Positions 55,380-64,000 of a stretch of DNA of 64,000 nucleotides are shown here, piece after piece (position 1 is the stretch's first letter; every line of letters starts with the position of its first letter). Under the pieces are notes generated by a model that was not told where the DNA came from, made no database searches, and saw only the letters and a list, made by a program, of their open reading frames with translations. Location of the stretch: the NCBI RefSeq assembly GCF_965215805.1, contig NZ_OZ244124.1, positions 2,358,417-2,422,416 of the forward strand, in the 5' to 3' direction. The translations under genes and the position numbers were made by a program. Source of the DNA: Flagellimonas sp. (lineage in GTDB: Bacteria; Bacteroidota; Bacteroidia; Flavobacteriales; Flavobacteriaceae).

Positions 55380-56207
55380 ATGGAAACACTGAACGAATGG
55401 AAGAACCTGACCTTTGATTCCTTGGCTGCAATGGGCAGGGATATAGCATTGGCCCTCCCCAAGATTATTGGGGCACTGATCATTCTGCTGATTGGTTGGA
55501 TCGTAACCAGAATCATACTCTTTGTCCTGGGCAAAATATTAAAGTTGGCCAAGGTAAATGTCCTGAGCGATAAGATCAACGACATGGAACTGTTTGGCAA
55601 GGGGGATTTTAAAATTGATATCCTTAAGATAATCCTAGGCTTTGTTAAATGGGTATTGTTATTGGTCTTCTTGATTGTGGCCGCGGATATTTTAAGCTGG
55701 GAGATCATCTCCACCGAAATTGGCAATCTGCTACGCTATTTACCAAGATTGTTCAGCGCACTCGCTCTTATGATGATTGGGCTCTACATTGGGAACTTCA
55801 TTAAGAAAACGGTCAAGAAAATCTTTGACTCCCTAGAGTTTGGGGGATCTAACTTGGTGAGTAATATGTTGTTTTACATCATTGTGATATTTATTTCCAT
55901 TACGGCCTTGAACCAGGCGGGAATAGATACCACGATTATTACTAACAACGTTACCATGATCTTGGGCGCATTTCTATTGGCTTTTGCCATTGGTTTGGGC
56001 TTGGGGTCACGCGATGTGATCACAGATTTGTTACGTTCCTTTTACACCCGTAGGACATTTGCCGTGGGCGACAAACTGGTGATTGGCAAGCACTCAGGAA
56101 CGGTAGAAGCTATTGAAAACAACAGCTTGACTTTGGTAACCAAAGACGGAAAATTTGTGATTCCCATTAAGGATGTTGTGGAGAGTAAAGTGGAGATAAA
56201 ATCTTAA
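55380..56207 (+). CDS. Small-conductance mechanosensitive channel-like protein (CmpX/TM_helix + MscS beta domain)
   Basis: LPKIIGALIILLIGW and LPRLFSAL TM_helix repeats; ALNQAGID; FAVGDKLVIGKHSGTVEAI. Confidence 0.85.
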   Translation: METLNEWKNLTFDSLAAMGRDIALALPKIIGALIILLIGWIVTRIILFVLGKILKLAKVNVLSDKINDMELFGKGDFKIDILKIILGFVKWVLLLVFLIVAADILSWEIISTEIGNLLRYLPRLFSALALMMIGLYIGNFIKKTVKKIFDSLEFGGSNLVSNMLFYIIVIFISITALNQAGIDTTIITNNVTMILGAFLLAFAIGLGLGSRDVITDLLRSFYTRRTFAVGDKLVIGKHSGTVEAIENNSLTLVTKDGKFVIPIKDVVESKVEIKS

Positions 56208-56210
56208 AAC

Positions 56211-56247
56211 AAAAAGCCGCCCAGAATTACTTCTTGGGCGGCTTTTT
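56211..56247. terminator. Bidirectional intrinsic terminator
   Basis: AAAAAGCCGCCCA...TGGGCGGCTTTTT between convergent genes. Confidence 0.85.
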
Positions 56248-56266
56248 AAAAGAATCCCTCTACTAT

Positions 56267-58237
56267 TTATTTTGATTTTGCCAAATAGTTATTGTTGAGT
56301 TGAACCACCGGAAATTCGGTTCTTCGGTTCAATTCCAGTTGTTCTTGATCACAGTCTTCCAAACCGTTACAATCGTTGATCAATTTTCGTTTTCCAAATC
56401 CTTTATAAGAGATAATTCGGTGTCTTGGTATACCGTGGGCAATGAGATACTCGTAGGTGGATTTAGCCCTTCGTTCTGATAGTTTGTCATTGTAATTGTG
56501 GCTTCCCACGGGATCGGTATGCGATTCCAATCGGATAACCATTTCAGGGTAGGTTTCCGACATAAGCTTGACCACTTTATCCAATTCACGGGCTGCATCA
56601 GGTCTAATATTACTTTTATTAAAGTCAAAATAGATTTTATTGAGTCCTGCCAAAACCTTCACATCCATTACAGGTTCCAGTTCAATATTCTGAACTACTG
56701 TTTTGGTAACGCGCTGTACCGTTTGCGTGCTAAAATACACGTGCTTATGGGGGTGCGTTTTCCGAACCGCTTCTATCAGGTAATTTTGACCACGATTCAC
56801 AAACATTTCATAACGCCCTTGATCATTGGTCATCGTTTTTTGAACCAACTCCCCAGTATTTTGATCGTACAAAGAGATGGCAACACTGTCCAACGGCTGA
56901 AGGTTGATAGCATCCGTGACTGTTCCCTCCAGCATCAAAGAAGGAATAAACTTAAAACGATAAATATCATCGCTTCCTTTGCCTCCTTTACGGTTGGAGC
57001 TTACATATCCATCCACACCGTTATCCATGGCGTAGTATCCAAAATCGTCTTTTTCACTATTTAGGGGCTTTCCTAAATTGATCACATCCTTTATGTTTCC
57101 TTCCTCGTCCGAAATAGCAGCAAAGACATCCAATTGTCCAAAGCCTACATGTCCATCGGAAGAGAAGAACAACTGCCCTTCATTATTGATGTACGGAAAC
57201 ATTTCGTTCCCAGGGGTATTGATTATGGGGCCAGCGTTTACTGGGAGTCCCACACCACCCCTTGGGTGTATTTTACAGTAATAAATGTCGGTACCCCCAT
57301 AGCCACCGGGTCTGTCGGAAGCAAAGTACAATAGCGTTCTATCAGTGTTTACGGTAGGGTGACCGGTAGAGTAGTGGTCGGCATTGGTCTTAAGGTTTCG
57401 GGTAACCTTCCAGACACCATCCACTTTTTCCCCTTTGTAGATTTTTAGGTTGTTTAGTTTTTCTATGTTCTTGTCTTCCTTTTTCTTGGTGAAAAAGCTT
57501 TCTTTATTTTGGAAGTAGCTGTTTCGCGTAAAGTAGACAATGGTATCGTTTTTGTAATCGGTGGAAAAAACCAAGGAACTTTCGTGGAACTTGGAGTTGA
57601 TTTCGCCTTGAAACTTTCTGGGAACATCCATGGTACTTCCTTCGGTAACATGGAAAATATCCAACCAGGATTCGTTGTTCCATCCGTAAATATCTTCTGA
57701 AGCGACCTCTTTTCTACTGGAGCTGAAATACAACTGCCCGTCATGGACAAAGGCGCCAAATTCGCTGTATCGCGTATTAAAATGTACTGGCTCCACTTCG
57801 TATCTTTCCCTACTGTTGAAGACCACAGAAGCCAGGTTTCCATCCTTTAAAAACTGTTTGACACGTGCATCGTTTTTATGGAATTTTCTATAGCGTTTAA
57901 GCCATTTTACAGCCTCTTTCTCCTGACCGGAGCTTTTAAGCGCCATGGCATACTTAAAGTAATAGTTGGTCGGGGTCTCGGGCTCGTTGATAAACCTTTT
58001 GAAATAGGGCAAAGCCTTTTCAAAATCCCGAAGCATCAAATAACATTCGGCCAACCGCTGATAGGCATGTACAGCGTTTTTCCCAGTGACCATTTTTTCG
58101 TACTCGGGAATGGCCTTTGCGTAAGCAAATTTATAGAACAATTGGTCCGCTCTCTTTTGGACTGTGGATTGTGCGGTCATGGAAACCACTCCAAAAAAGG
58201 CAATGAATAAAACTGATATGAGGTTGTGGCGCTTCAT
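56267..58237 (-). CDS. PorE-like OmpA-family protein (TPR - PD40 beta-propeller - carboxypeptidase-regulatory - OmpA_C)
   Basis: ADQLFYKFAYAKA TPR; YFASDRPGGYGGTDIY, FSSDGHVGFGQLD; IYFDFNKS, ESHTD, LSERRA, NRRTEF; signal peptide lacks a lipobox Cys. Confidence 0.92.
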   Translation of the reverse strand: MKRHNLISVLFIAFFGVVSMTAQSTVQKRADQLFYKFAYAKAIPEYEKMVTGKNAVHAYQRLAECYLMLRDFEKALPYFKRFINEPETPTNYYFKYAMALKSSGQEKEAVKWLKRYRKFHKNDARVKQFLKDGNLASVVFNSRERYEVEPVHFNTRYSEFGAFVHDGQLYFSSSRKEVASEDIYGWNNESWLDIFHVTEGSTMDVPRKFQGEINSKFHESSLVFSTDYKNDTIVYFTRNSYFQNKESFFTKKKEDKNIEKLNNLKIYKGEKVDGVWKVTRNLKTNADHYSTGHPTVNTDRTLLYFASDRPGGYGGTDIYYCKIHPRGGVGLPVNAGPIINTPGNEMFPYINNEGQLFFSSDGHVGFGQLDVFAAISDEEGNIKDVINLGKPLNSEKDDFGYYAMDNGVDGYVSSNRKGGKGSDDIYRFKFIPSLMLEGTVTDAINLQPLDSVAISLYDQNTGELVQKTMTNDQGRYEMFVNRGQNYLIEAVRKTHPHKHVYFSTQTVQRVTKTVVQNIELEPVMDVKVLAGLNKIYFDFNKSNIRPDAARELDKVVKLMSETYPEMVIRLESHTDPVGSHNYNDKLSERRAKSTYEYLIAHGIPRHRIISYKGFGKRKLINDCNGLEDCDQEQLELNRRTEFPVVQLNNNYLAKSK

Positions 58238-58248
58238 TGGAATTGATT

Positions 58249-59157
58249 TTAAAAATATCTTGGTGACTTATAAAGATTGGTTTTCTTAGAAAGTCTTGGT
58301 TCAAAGATCAAAATGACTTCATGGGTTCCACCCGTGTAGGGTCTAATGGTAGAAGTTGGAAGGTCGTAAGCATAGCCAATTCTAAAATTGTTGGAAATCT
58401 GGTAGTCCAAAAACGCTCCAAAATTGGACGCATCATTGAATCGGTAAGAAGCTCCCAACCATACTTTTTCATACAGTAGAAAGCTATTGGTAATATCATA
58501 AGTAGATGGTGCTCCATTGGTAAATTTGGTGATAAATGCAGGACGTAATTTAACATCAGCTGAGATATCAATAACCAAACCTCCAATAGCATAGTAGCTA
58601 TTACGCTCCAAGGCTTCAAACTCCCCTTCGTTCAAATCCGTGTTCAAAATTCGAGGAGAGGAAATACCCGCATACCATCTATTGGTACTCAAATAAACCC
58701 CAGCCCCAAAATTGGGTTTCCAACTGTTAAAGTTGGCATTGAAGAAGGGATCGTTATAATCAGGATTTTCCAAACGGTAGTTGGTGAATCCGGCTTTTAA
58801 TCCAAAAGAAAGTTTTGCTTCGGCTGTAACGGGAATGGTATAACTAAAATCCCCATACACATAGTTGGTGCTCTCAAAACCCAATTGGTCCGTGATATAG
58901 GAAATCCCCAATCCCACACGTTCATTGTTCATGGGAGTGTGGAAGGAGAATGTACTTGTGGTCGGATTCCCGTCCAGTCCAGCCCATTGGTTCCTGTGAA
59001 GGGCGGTCATGTTCATACTCTCTCGGCTACCTGCATAAGCGGGATTTACAGAGATGGTGTTGAACATATATTGTGTAAACTGAGGAAGCTGTTGGGCCAT
59101 AGCGCTGGATCCAACAATTGCCATCAATGACAGGGTAATCTTGCGAAGCGTTTTCAT
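58249..59157 (-). CDS. PorP/SprF family T9SS outer-membrane beta-barrel
   Basis: QQLPQFTQYMFNTISVNPAYAGS, HRNQWAGLDGNP, WLGASYR, IGYAYD, GTHE. Confidence 0.95.
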   Translation of the reverse strand: MKTLRKITLSLMAIVGSSAMAQQLPQFTQYMFNTISVNPAYAGSRESMNMTALHRNQWAGLDGNPTTSTFSFHTPMNNERVGLGISYITDQLGFESTNYVYGDFSYTIPVTAEAKLSFGLKAGFTNYRLENPDYNDPFFNANFNSWKPNFGAGVYLSTNRWYAGISSPRILNTDLNEGEFEALERNSYYAIGGLVIDISADVKLRPAFITKFTNGAPSTYDITNSFLLYEKVWLGASYRFNDASNFGAFLDYQISNNFRIGYAYDLPTSTIRPYTGGTHEVILIFEPRLSKKTNLYKSPRYF

Positions 59158-59386
59158 ATTGTTTCGGTTAAGGTTTTGCCCGGTTGCCCAGACTGGAATT
59201 TGGGTTTAAATTCTATATCAAAGCAACGGCAAATGGGTGTTATTGAGTAATATAGCCGTTGAATGAACTTGAATAATCGGCCTGAAACAAAGGGTTCGAT
59301 GAAGTGCATTTTTCTGTGGACGAATGCGGCAAATGACCTGATTTACAAAAGGGCTTTGGTCTAAGAAATAGTTCGATTATCGATAC

Positions 59387-59417
59387 AAAAAAAGGCCAGC
59401 CTGTGTGGCTGACCTTT
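59387..59417 (-). terminator. Intrinsic terminator after the giant T9SS cargo
   Basis: Minus strand AAAGGTCAGCC-acaca-GGCTGGCCTTTTTTT (one G-U pair). Confidence 0.75.
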
Positions 59418-59436
59418 CAAAGTAGTTGCAGTTTGT

Positions 59437-62400
59437 TTAGTTTGCACCAGTTCCCAGATAAATGTATCCGTTCAGTGGTTTAATATCTGTATTTATCACG
59501 TTGATGATATAGTAGTACGTACCTGAAGGAAGCATACCGGAATTTCCAAAGGCATTGCTCGGAGCAAAACCACCCCAGTCATTCTGATAGTTCTTGGATT
59601 CGTATACTTTATCTCCCCAGCGGTTGAAAATCATCAGCTCAAAAGAGTAATTACAATATTCTACTCCAGTAATGGTGAACATATCATTGATATTGTCTCC
59701 ATTGGCAGTAACCGTTTTGGATACAATGATCTCATCTCTACCACAAGGCACACAATCACTGTTTACAATGATGGTGAAGTCTACATAATACTTGCAGGTT
59801 CCTTCAGTAGAACTATAGCTGATCAGGTATTCTCCAACTTCCAGGTTGGCTGGATTAAAGATGCTTCCATCCAAGACAACATTACCACTGATCAACTCAA
59901 ACACCCCATTGGTATCAAAGGATTCTGGTAAATAGTTAATCAAGTTAATGGCATCATCCTCAACGCAAATGTTGATTTCTACTTCCTCAGGTTGAGGTTG
60001 CATAACAAAAATCACTTGCTCAAAAGAGGCAGTATTACCACAGGAGTCAGTTACGTCCCAAGTTCTGGTAATCATGAAGTCTTCAGTATCTGCCAAACTA
60101 ACGGTCTCTTCAGAGAATTCTACTTGATAGTTACCACATCCACCCATAAAGGTCAATTGCGGAACTTCTGGAATCTCATCACCACAAATTAGGTTGATTT
60201 CCTCCTCGTAAGCACTTGAGGTGATAGGACCAGTAGGTTCTATCGTGATAACCTGGGTGTGGGTATTGACATTCCCCGCACAATCTTCCGTAGACCAAGT
60301 TCGGGTAACGGTATAGCCAGTTGCACAATTGGAATCATTGGTAATTATCTCATCGAAAGTCACCGCAGTAGTTGTATCACAATTGTCAATCGCAGTTAGA
60401 ACAATAGCATCAGGAACCTCGTTACACATTGCAGTCATGCTTTGTGGCAAGTTTTCCACAAATTGTGGAGCCTGAGTGTCCTCAACCGTGATTTCCTGGG
60501 TGTGACTTACAGGATTACCTGCACAATCAGCCGTACTCCATGTTCTAGTGATGATGTAGTCGGAACCACAAGAATCAGAATCCGTGATTTGCTCATCGAA
60601 CACTACGGTGATACTTGGATCACAATTGTCCATAGCTGTCAAGATTTCTGCAGTCGGAACATTGTCGCACGACACAGTTATATCCAGAGGCAATGTTTCC
60701 ACAAATGTAGGAGCAGTAGTATCCTCCACCGTGATAACTTGGGTATGACTTACAGGATTACCTGCACAATCAGCCGTACTCCATGTTCTTGTAATGATGT
60801 AATCAGAACCACAAGAATCAGAATCAGTGATTTGCTCATCGAACACTACGGTGATATTTGGGTCACAATTGTCCGTAGCTGTCAAGATTTCTGCTGTTGG
60901 AATAGCATCACAGGAAACAGTTACATCCATTGGCAAGGCTTCAACAAATGTAGGAGCAGTTGTGTCCTCCACAGTGATAACCTGCGTATGGCTTATTGGG
61001 TTACCCGCACAATCTGCTGCATCCCAGGTTCTTGTGATGATATAATTGGATTCACAAGAATCAGTATCCGTGATTTGCTCGTCAAATACTACAGTGATAT
61101 TTGGATCACAGCTATCAATGGCCGTTAGGACATCAGCAACTGGAATATTATCACAAGAAACTGTAATATCCGTCGGAAGTACTTCAACAAATGATGGTGC
61201 TTGGGTATCTATCACCGTGATCACTTGCACGTGTTCACGTACGTTTCCAACACAATCTGTAAAAGTCCATGTTCGCGTAATGGTATAATCCATGGCGCAG
61301 CCATCATCCTGTCCTGTAATGGACTCGTTGAAATCCACCGTAGTTGCACAGGTACTGTTTACGGTAATTACTTCTGCTGTTGGAATCGTATCACAAGCTT
61401 CAAGCGTAATATCAGTTGGATAACCTTCATTTCCATCATTATCGATAATGTTAACCGTAGCGGTATCGTTAGCCAGGATATTGACCAATGTGGTTGAAAT
61501 ATTGGTCAAGACTACCTGGAAGTCTTCCGTACTTTCAATAATGATATCATCAATAATCGGAATGATTATGTTTTGATTGTTACTGTTGGCTGCCCCAAAG
61601 GTCAATACCTGAGTGTTCTGGGGAATACCAGTGTAATCAAATGCATCTTGAGCCGAACCATTGGTGGTATAAAACTCCACGGTAAATTCGTCCTGTACGT
61701 CTACATTAAGGCTTACGGGTACTGAAACTGTTCCGGCATCTTCATCAATGTTGATGTTGGTGATATCGAATTGAACCCCGTTGCCTGCACCCCCGTCGTT
61801 GTCACCTATCGTTCCCGTTGCATTCCCATCGATGATGGAGATGAGCCCGGTTGAAAGGTTGGAGATCGTTATGGTCAGGTCCTCGCTGTTCTCTATCAGT
61901 GTATCGTCAAGTATGGTGACGGTCACGCTGTGCTGCTCGCCCGCGTTACCGGCAAATGCGATGTTCCCGGTGGCGGATGCCACGGTATAGTCGCTGCCCG
62001 CAATGGCGGTGCCATCGGCAACGGCAAAGTCCACGTTGAACCCTCCCTGTACGTCGGCGTTGAGCGACAGTACGAAGTCAGCGGTACCTGCGTCCTCGTC
62101 CACGCTGAAGCCCGCAACGGACACCCCGTTCCCGGCCCCGCCGTCGTTGTCACCTATCGTTCCCGTTGCATTCCCATCGATGATGGAGATGAGCCCGGTC
62201 GAAAGGTTGGAGATCGTTATGGTCAGGTCCTCACTGTTCTCGATAAGGCTGTCGTCAAGTATGGTCACGGTCACGCTGTGCTGTTCGCCCGCGTTACCGG
62301 CAAATGCGATGTTCCCGGTGGCGGATGCCACGGTATAGTCGCTACCTGCGATGGCCGTACCGTCGGCAACGTCAAAGTCCACGTTGAACCCTCCCTGTAC

Positions 62401-64000
62401 GTCGGCGTTCAGTGACAGAACAAAATCAGCGGTACCTGCGTCCTCGTCCACGCTGAAGCCCGCAACGGACACCCCGTTCCCGGCCCCTCCGTCGTTGTCA
62501 TTTATGGTACCTGTGGCATTTGCGTTCAAAATACCTATAAGCCCCGTTGAAAGGTTGGATATCGTTATGGACAGGTCCTCGCTGTTCTCGATAAGGCTGT
62601 CGTCAAGTATGGTGACGGTCACGCTGTGCTGCTCGCCCGCGTTACCGGCAAATGCGATGTTCCCGGTGGCGGATGCCACGGTATAGTCGCTACCTGCGAT
62701 GGCGGTGCCGTCGGCAACGGCAAAGTCCACGTTGAACCCTCCCTGCACGTCGGCGTTGAGCGACAGTACAAAATCAGCGGTACCCGCGTCCTCGTCCACG
62801 CTGAAGCCCGCAACGGACACCCCGTTCCCGGCCCCGCCGTCGTTGTCGTTTATCGTACCAACGGCATTGGCGTTCAAAATACCTATAAGTCCCGTTGAAA
62901 GGTTTGAAAGTGCGATGGACAGGTCCTCGCTGTTCTCGATAAGGCTGTCGTCAAGTATGGTGACGGTCACGCTGTGCTGCTCGCCCGCGTTACCTGCAAA
63001 TGTTATGTTCCCGGTGGCGGATGCCACGGTATAGTCGGAACCTGCGATGGCGGTACCGTCGGCAACGGCAAAGTCCAGGTCAAATCCTCCCTGAACGTCG
63101 GCGTTGAGCGACAGTACAAAGTCTGCCGTACCGGCGTCCTCGTCCACGTTGAACCCAGCAACGGATACCCCGTTGCCCGCACCGCCGTCGTTGTCGTTTA
63201 TTGTACCAACGGCGTTGGCGTTCAAAATACCTATGAGCCCGGTTGAAAGGTTGGAGATCGTTATGGTCAGGTCCTCGCTGTTCTCTATCAGTGTATCGTC
63301 AAGTATGGTGACGGTCACGCTGTGCTGCTCGCCCGCGTTACCGGCAAATGCGATGTTCCCGGTGGCGGATGCCACGGTATAGTCGCTGCCCGCAATGGCG
63401 GTGCCATCGGCAACGGCAAAGTCCACGTTGAACCCTCCCTGTACGTCGGCGTTGAGCGACAGTACGAAGTCAGCGGTACCTGCGTCCTCGTCCACGCTGA
63501 AGCCCGCAACGGACACCCCGTTCCCGGCCCCGCCGTCGTTGTCACCTATCGTTCCCGTTGCATTCCCATCGATGATGGAGATGAGCCCGGTCGAAAGGTT
63601 GGAGATCGTTATGGTCAGGTCCTCACTGTTCTCGATAAGGCTGTCGTCAAGTATGGTCACGGTCACGCTGTGCTGTTCGCCCGCGTTACCGGCAAATGCG
63701 ATGTTCCCGGTGGCGGATGCCACGGTATAGTCGCTACCTGCGATGGCCGTACCGTCGGCAACGTCAAAGTCCACGTTGAACCCTCCCTGTACGTCGGCGT
63801 TGAGCGAGAGCACGAAGTCTGCCGTACCGGCGTCCTCGTCCACGCTGAAGCCCGCAACGGACACCCCGTTGCCCGCACCGCCGTCGTTGTCATTTATGGT
63901 ACCTGTGGCATTTGCGTTCAAAATACCTATAAGCCCCGTTGAAAGGTTGGATATCGTTATGGACAGGTCCTCGCTGTTCTCTATCAGTGTATCGTCAAGT
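59437..64000 (-). CDS. Giant T9SS type-B cargo/adhesin (partial, 5' end beyond the window): Calx-beta repeats, six HYR-like Cys repeats, CTD-B
   Basis: Frame stays open to the window end; DGTAIAGSDY...ILDDSLIENSE Calx-beta; DTTAPTF...TRTW..DCAGN HYR-like; TANGDNIND...IFNRWG...GTYYY...NGYIYL CTD-B. Confidence 0.92.
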   Translation of the reverse strand, partial: LDDTLIENSEDLSITISNLSTGLIGILNANATGTINDNDGGAGNGVSVAGFSVDEDAGTADFVLSLNADVQGGFNVDFDVADGTAIAGSDYTVASATGNIAFAGNAGEQHSVTVTILDDSLIENSEDLTITISNLSTGLISIIDGNATGTIGDNDGGAGNGVSVAGFSVDEDAGTADFVLSLNADVQGGFNVDFAVADGTAIAGSDYTVASATGNIAFAGNAGEQHSVTVTILDDTLIENSEDLTITISNLSTGLIGILNANAVGTINDNDGGAGNGVSVAGFNVDEDAGTADFVLSLNADVQGGFDLDFAVADGTAIAGSDYTVASATGNITFAGNAGEQHSVTVTILDDSLIENSEDLSIALSNLSTGLIGILNANAVGTINDNDGGAGNGVSVAGFSVDEDAGTADFVLSLNADVQGGFNVDFAVADGTAIAGSDYTVASATGNIAFAGNAGEQHSVTVTILDDSLIENSEDLSITISNLSTGLIGILNANATGTINDNDGGAGNGVSVAGFSVDEDAGTADFVLSLNADVQGGFNVDFDVADGTAIAGSDYTVASATGNIAFAGNAGEQHSVTVTILDDSLIENSEDLTITISNLSTGLISIIDGNATGTIGDNDGGAGNGVSVAGFSVDEDAGTADFVLSLNADVQGGFNVDFAVADGTAIAGSDYTVASATGNIAFAGNAGEQHSVTVTILDDTLIENSEDLTITISNLSTGLISIIDGNATGTIGDNDGGAGNGVQFDITNINIDEDAGTVSVPVSLNVDVQDEFTVEFYTTNGSAQDAFDYTGIPQNTQVLTFGAANSNNQNIIIPIIDDIIIESTEDFQVVLTNISTTLVNILANDTATVNIIDNDGNEGYPTDITLEACDTIPTAEVITVNSTCATTVDFNESITGQDDGCAMDYTITRTWTFTDCVGNVREHVQVITVIDTQAPSFVEVLPTDITVSCDNIPVADVLTAIDSCDPNITVVFDEQITDTDSCESNYIITRTWDAADCAGNPISHTQVITVEDTTAPTFVEALPMDVTVSCDAIPTAEILTATDNCDPNITVVFDEQITDSDSCGSDYIITRTWSTADCAGNPVSHTQVITVEDTTAPTFVETLPLDITVSCDNVPTAEILTAMDNCDPSITVVFDEQITDSDSCGSDYIITRTWSTADCAGNPVSHTQEITVEDTQAPQFVENLPQSMTAMCNEVPDAIVLTAIDNCDTTTAVTFDEIITNDSNCATGYTVTRTWSTEDCAGNVNTHTQVITIEPTGPITSSAYEEEINLICGDEIPEVPQLTFMGGCGNYQVEFSEETVSLADTEDFMITRTWDVTDSCGNTASFEQVIFVMQPQPEEVEINICVEDDAINLINYLPESFDTNGVFELISGNVVLDGSIFNPANLEVGEYLISYSSTEGTCKYYVDFTIIVNSDCVPCGRDEIIVSKTVTANGDNINDMFTITGVEYCNYSFELMIFNRWGDKVYESKNYQNDWGGFAPSNAFGNSGMLPSGTYYYIINVINTDIKPLNGYIYLGTGAN
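61782..64000 (-). repeat. Near-identical 348-nt (116-aa) Calx-beta tandem repeats: six full copies plus a partial one
   Basis: Unit boundary recurs at 61781 and 63869 (6x348); shadow ORFs recur at 348-nt offsets. Confidence 0.92.

Noticed and set aside
61781-63942. Many 60-200-aa ORFs recurring at 348-nt offsets
   Set aside because: Shadow frames of the GC-rich Calx-beta array.

Overview
Chromosomal window from a marine Flavobacteriaceae (Bacteroidota; Muricauda/Flagellimonas-like, judged from gene content, T9SS genes and TAnnTTTG promoters). Housekeeping content: trkAH, aspartate aminotransferase, a fatty-acid desaturase, rsmG, pruA, apaG, the T9SS plug (DUF5103), nqrABCDEF-apbE, map, gpmI, M1/M15/M48 peptidases, tatA and kynU. 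Accessory content: a probable trans-3-hydroxy-L-proline catabolic pair; a small island with a Cys-rich T9SS cargo, an exported metal-motif/DJ-1 enzyme with a GlxA regulator, and a RelE/HigB-XRE toxin-antitoxin with a perfect operator and a third gene; two solo genes (four-helix bundle, GxxExxY) flanked by short repeats or palindromes; an ECF sigma/62-aa/MscS-like operon; and the 3' part of a giant Calx-beta/HYR-like type-B T9SS cargo followed by PorP/SprF and a PorE-like OmpA protein. The best candidate for an undescribed system is the 32.7-43.5 kb locus. It encodes three Sec-exported proteins with no T9SS CTD that share an N-terminal domain and have phage-tail-fibre-like acidic repeat stalks of very different length (0, 6x44 aa, and a 1436-aa combinatorial array) with different C-terminal tips. 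Each fibre module ends in a tightly coupled paralogous ~390-aa type-B-CTD partner gene. I also found two small ORFs missed by the ORF track (40 aa, 55 aa) and a shared ECF-like motif TGTAAC-N16-AGTCT. No rRNA, tRNA, CRISPR array, integrase or transposase was seen. All family assignments come from motif recognition, not database searches.
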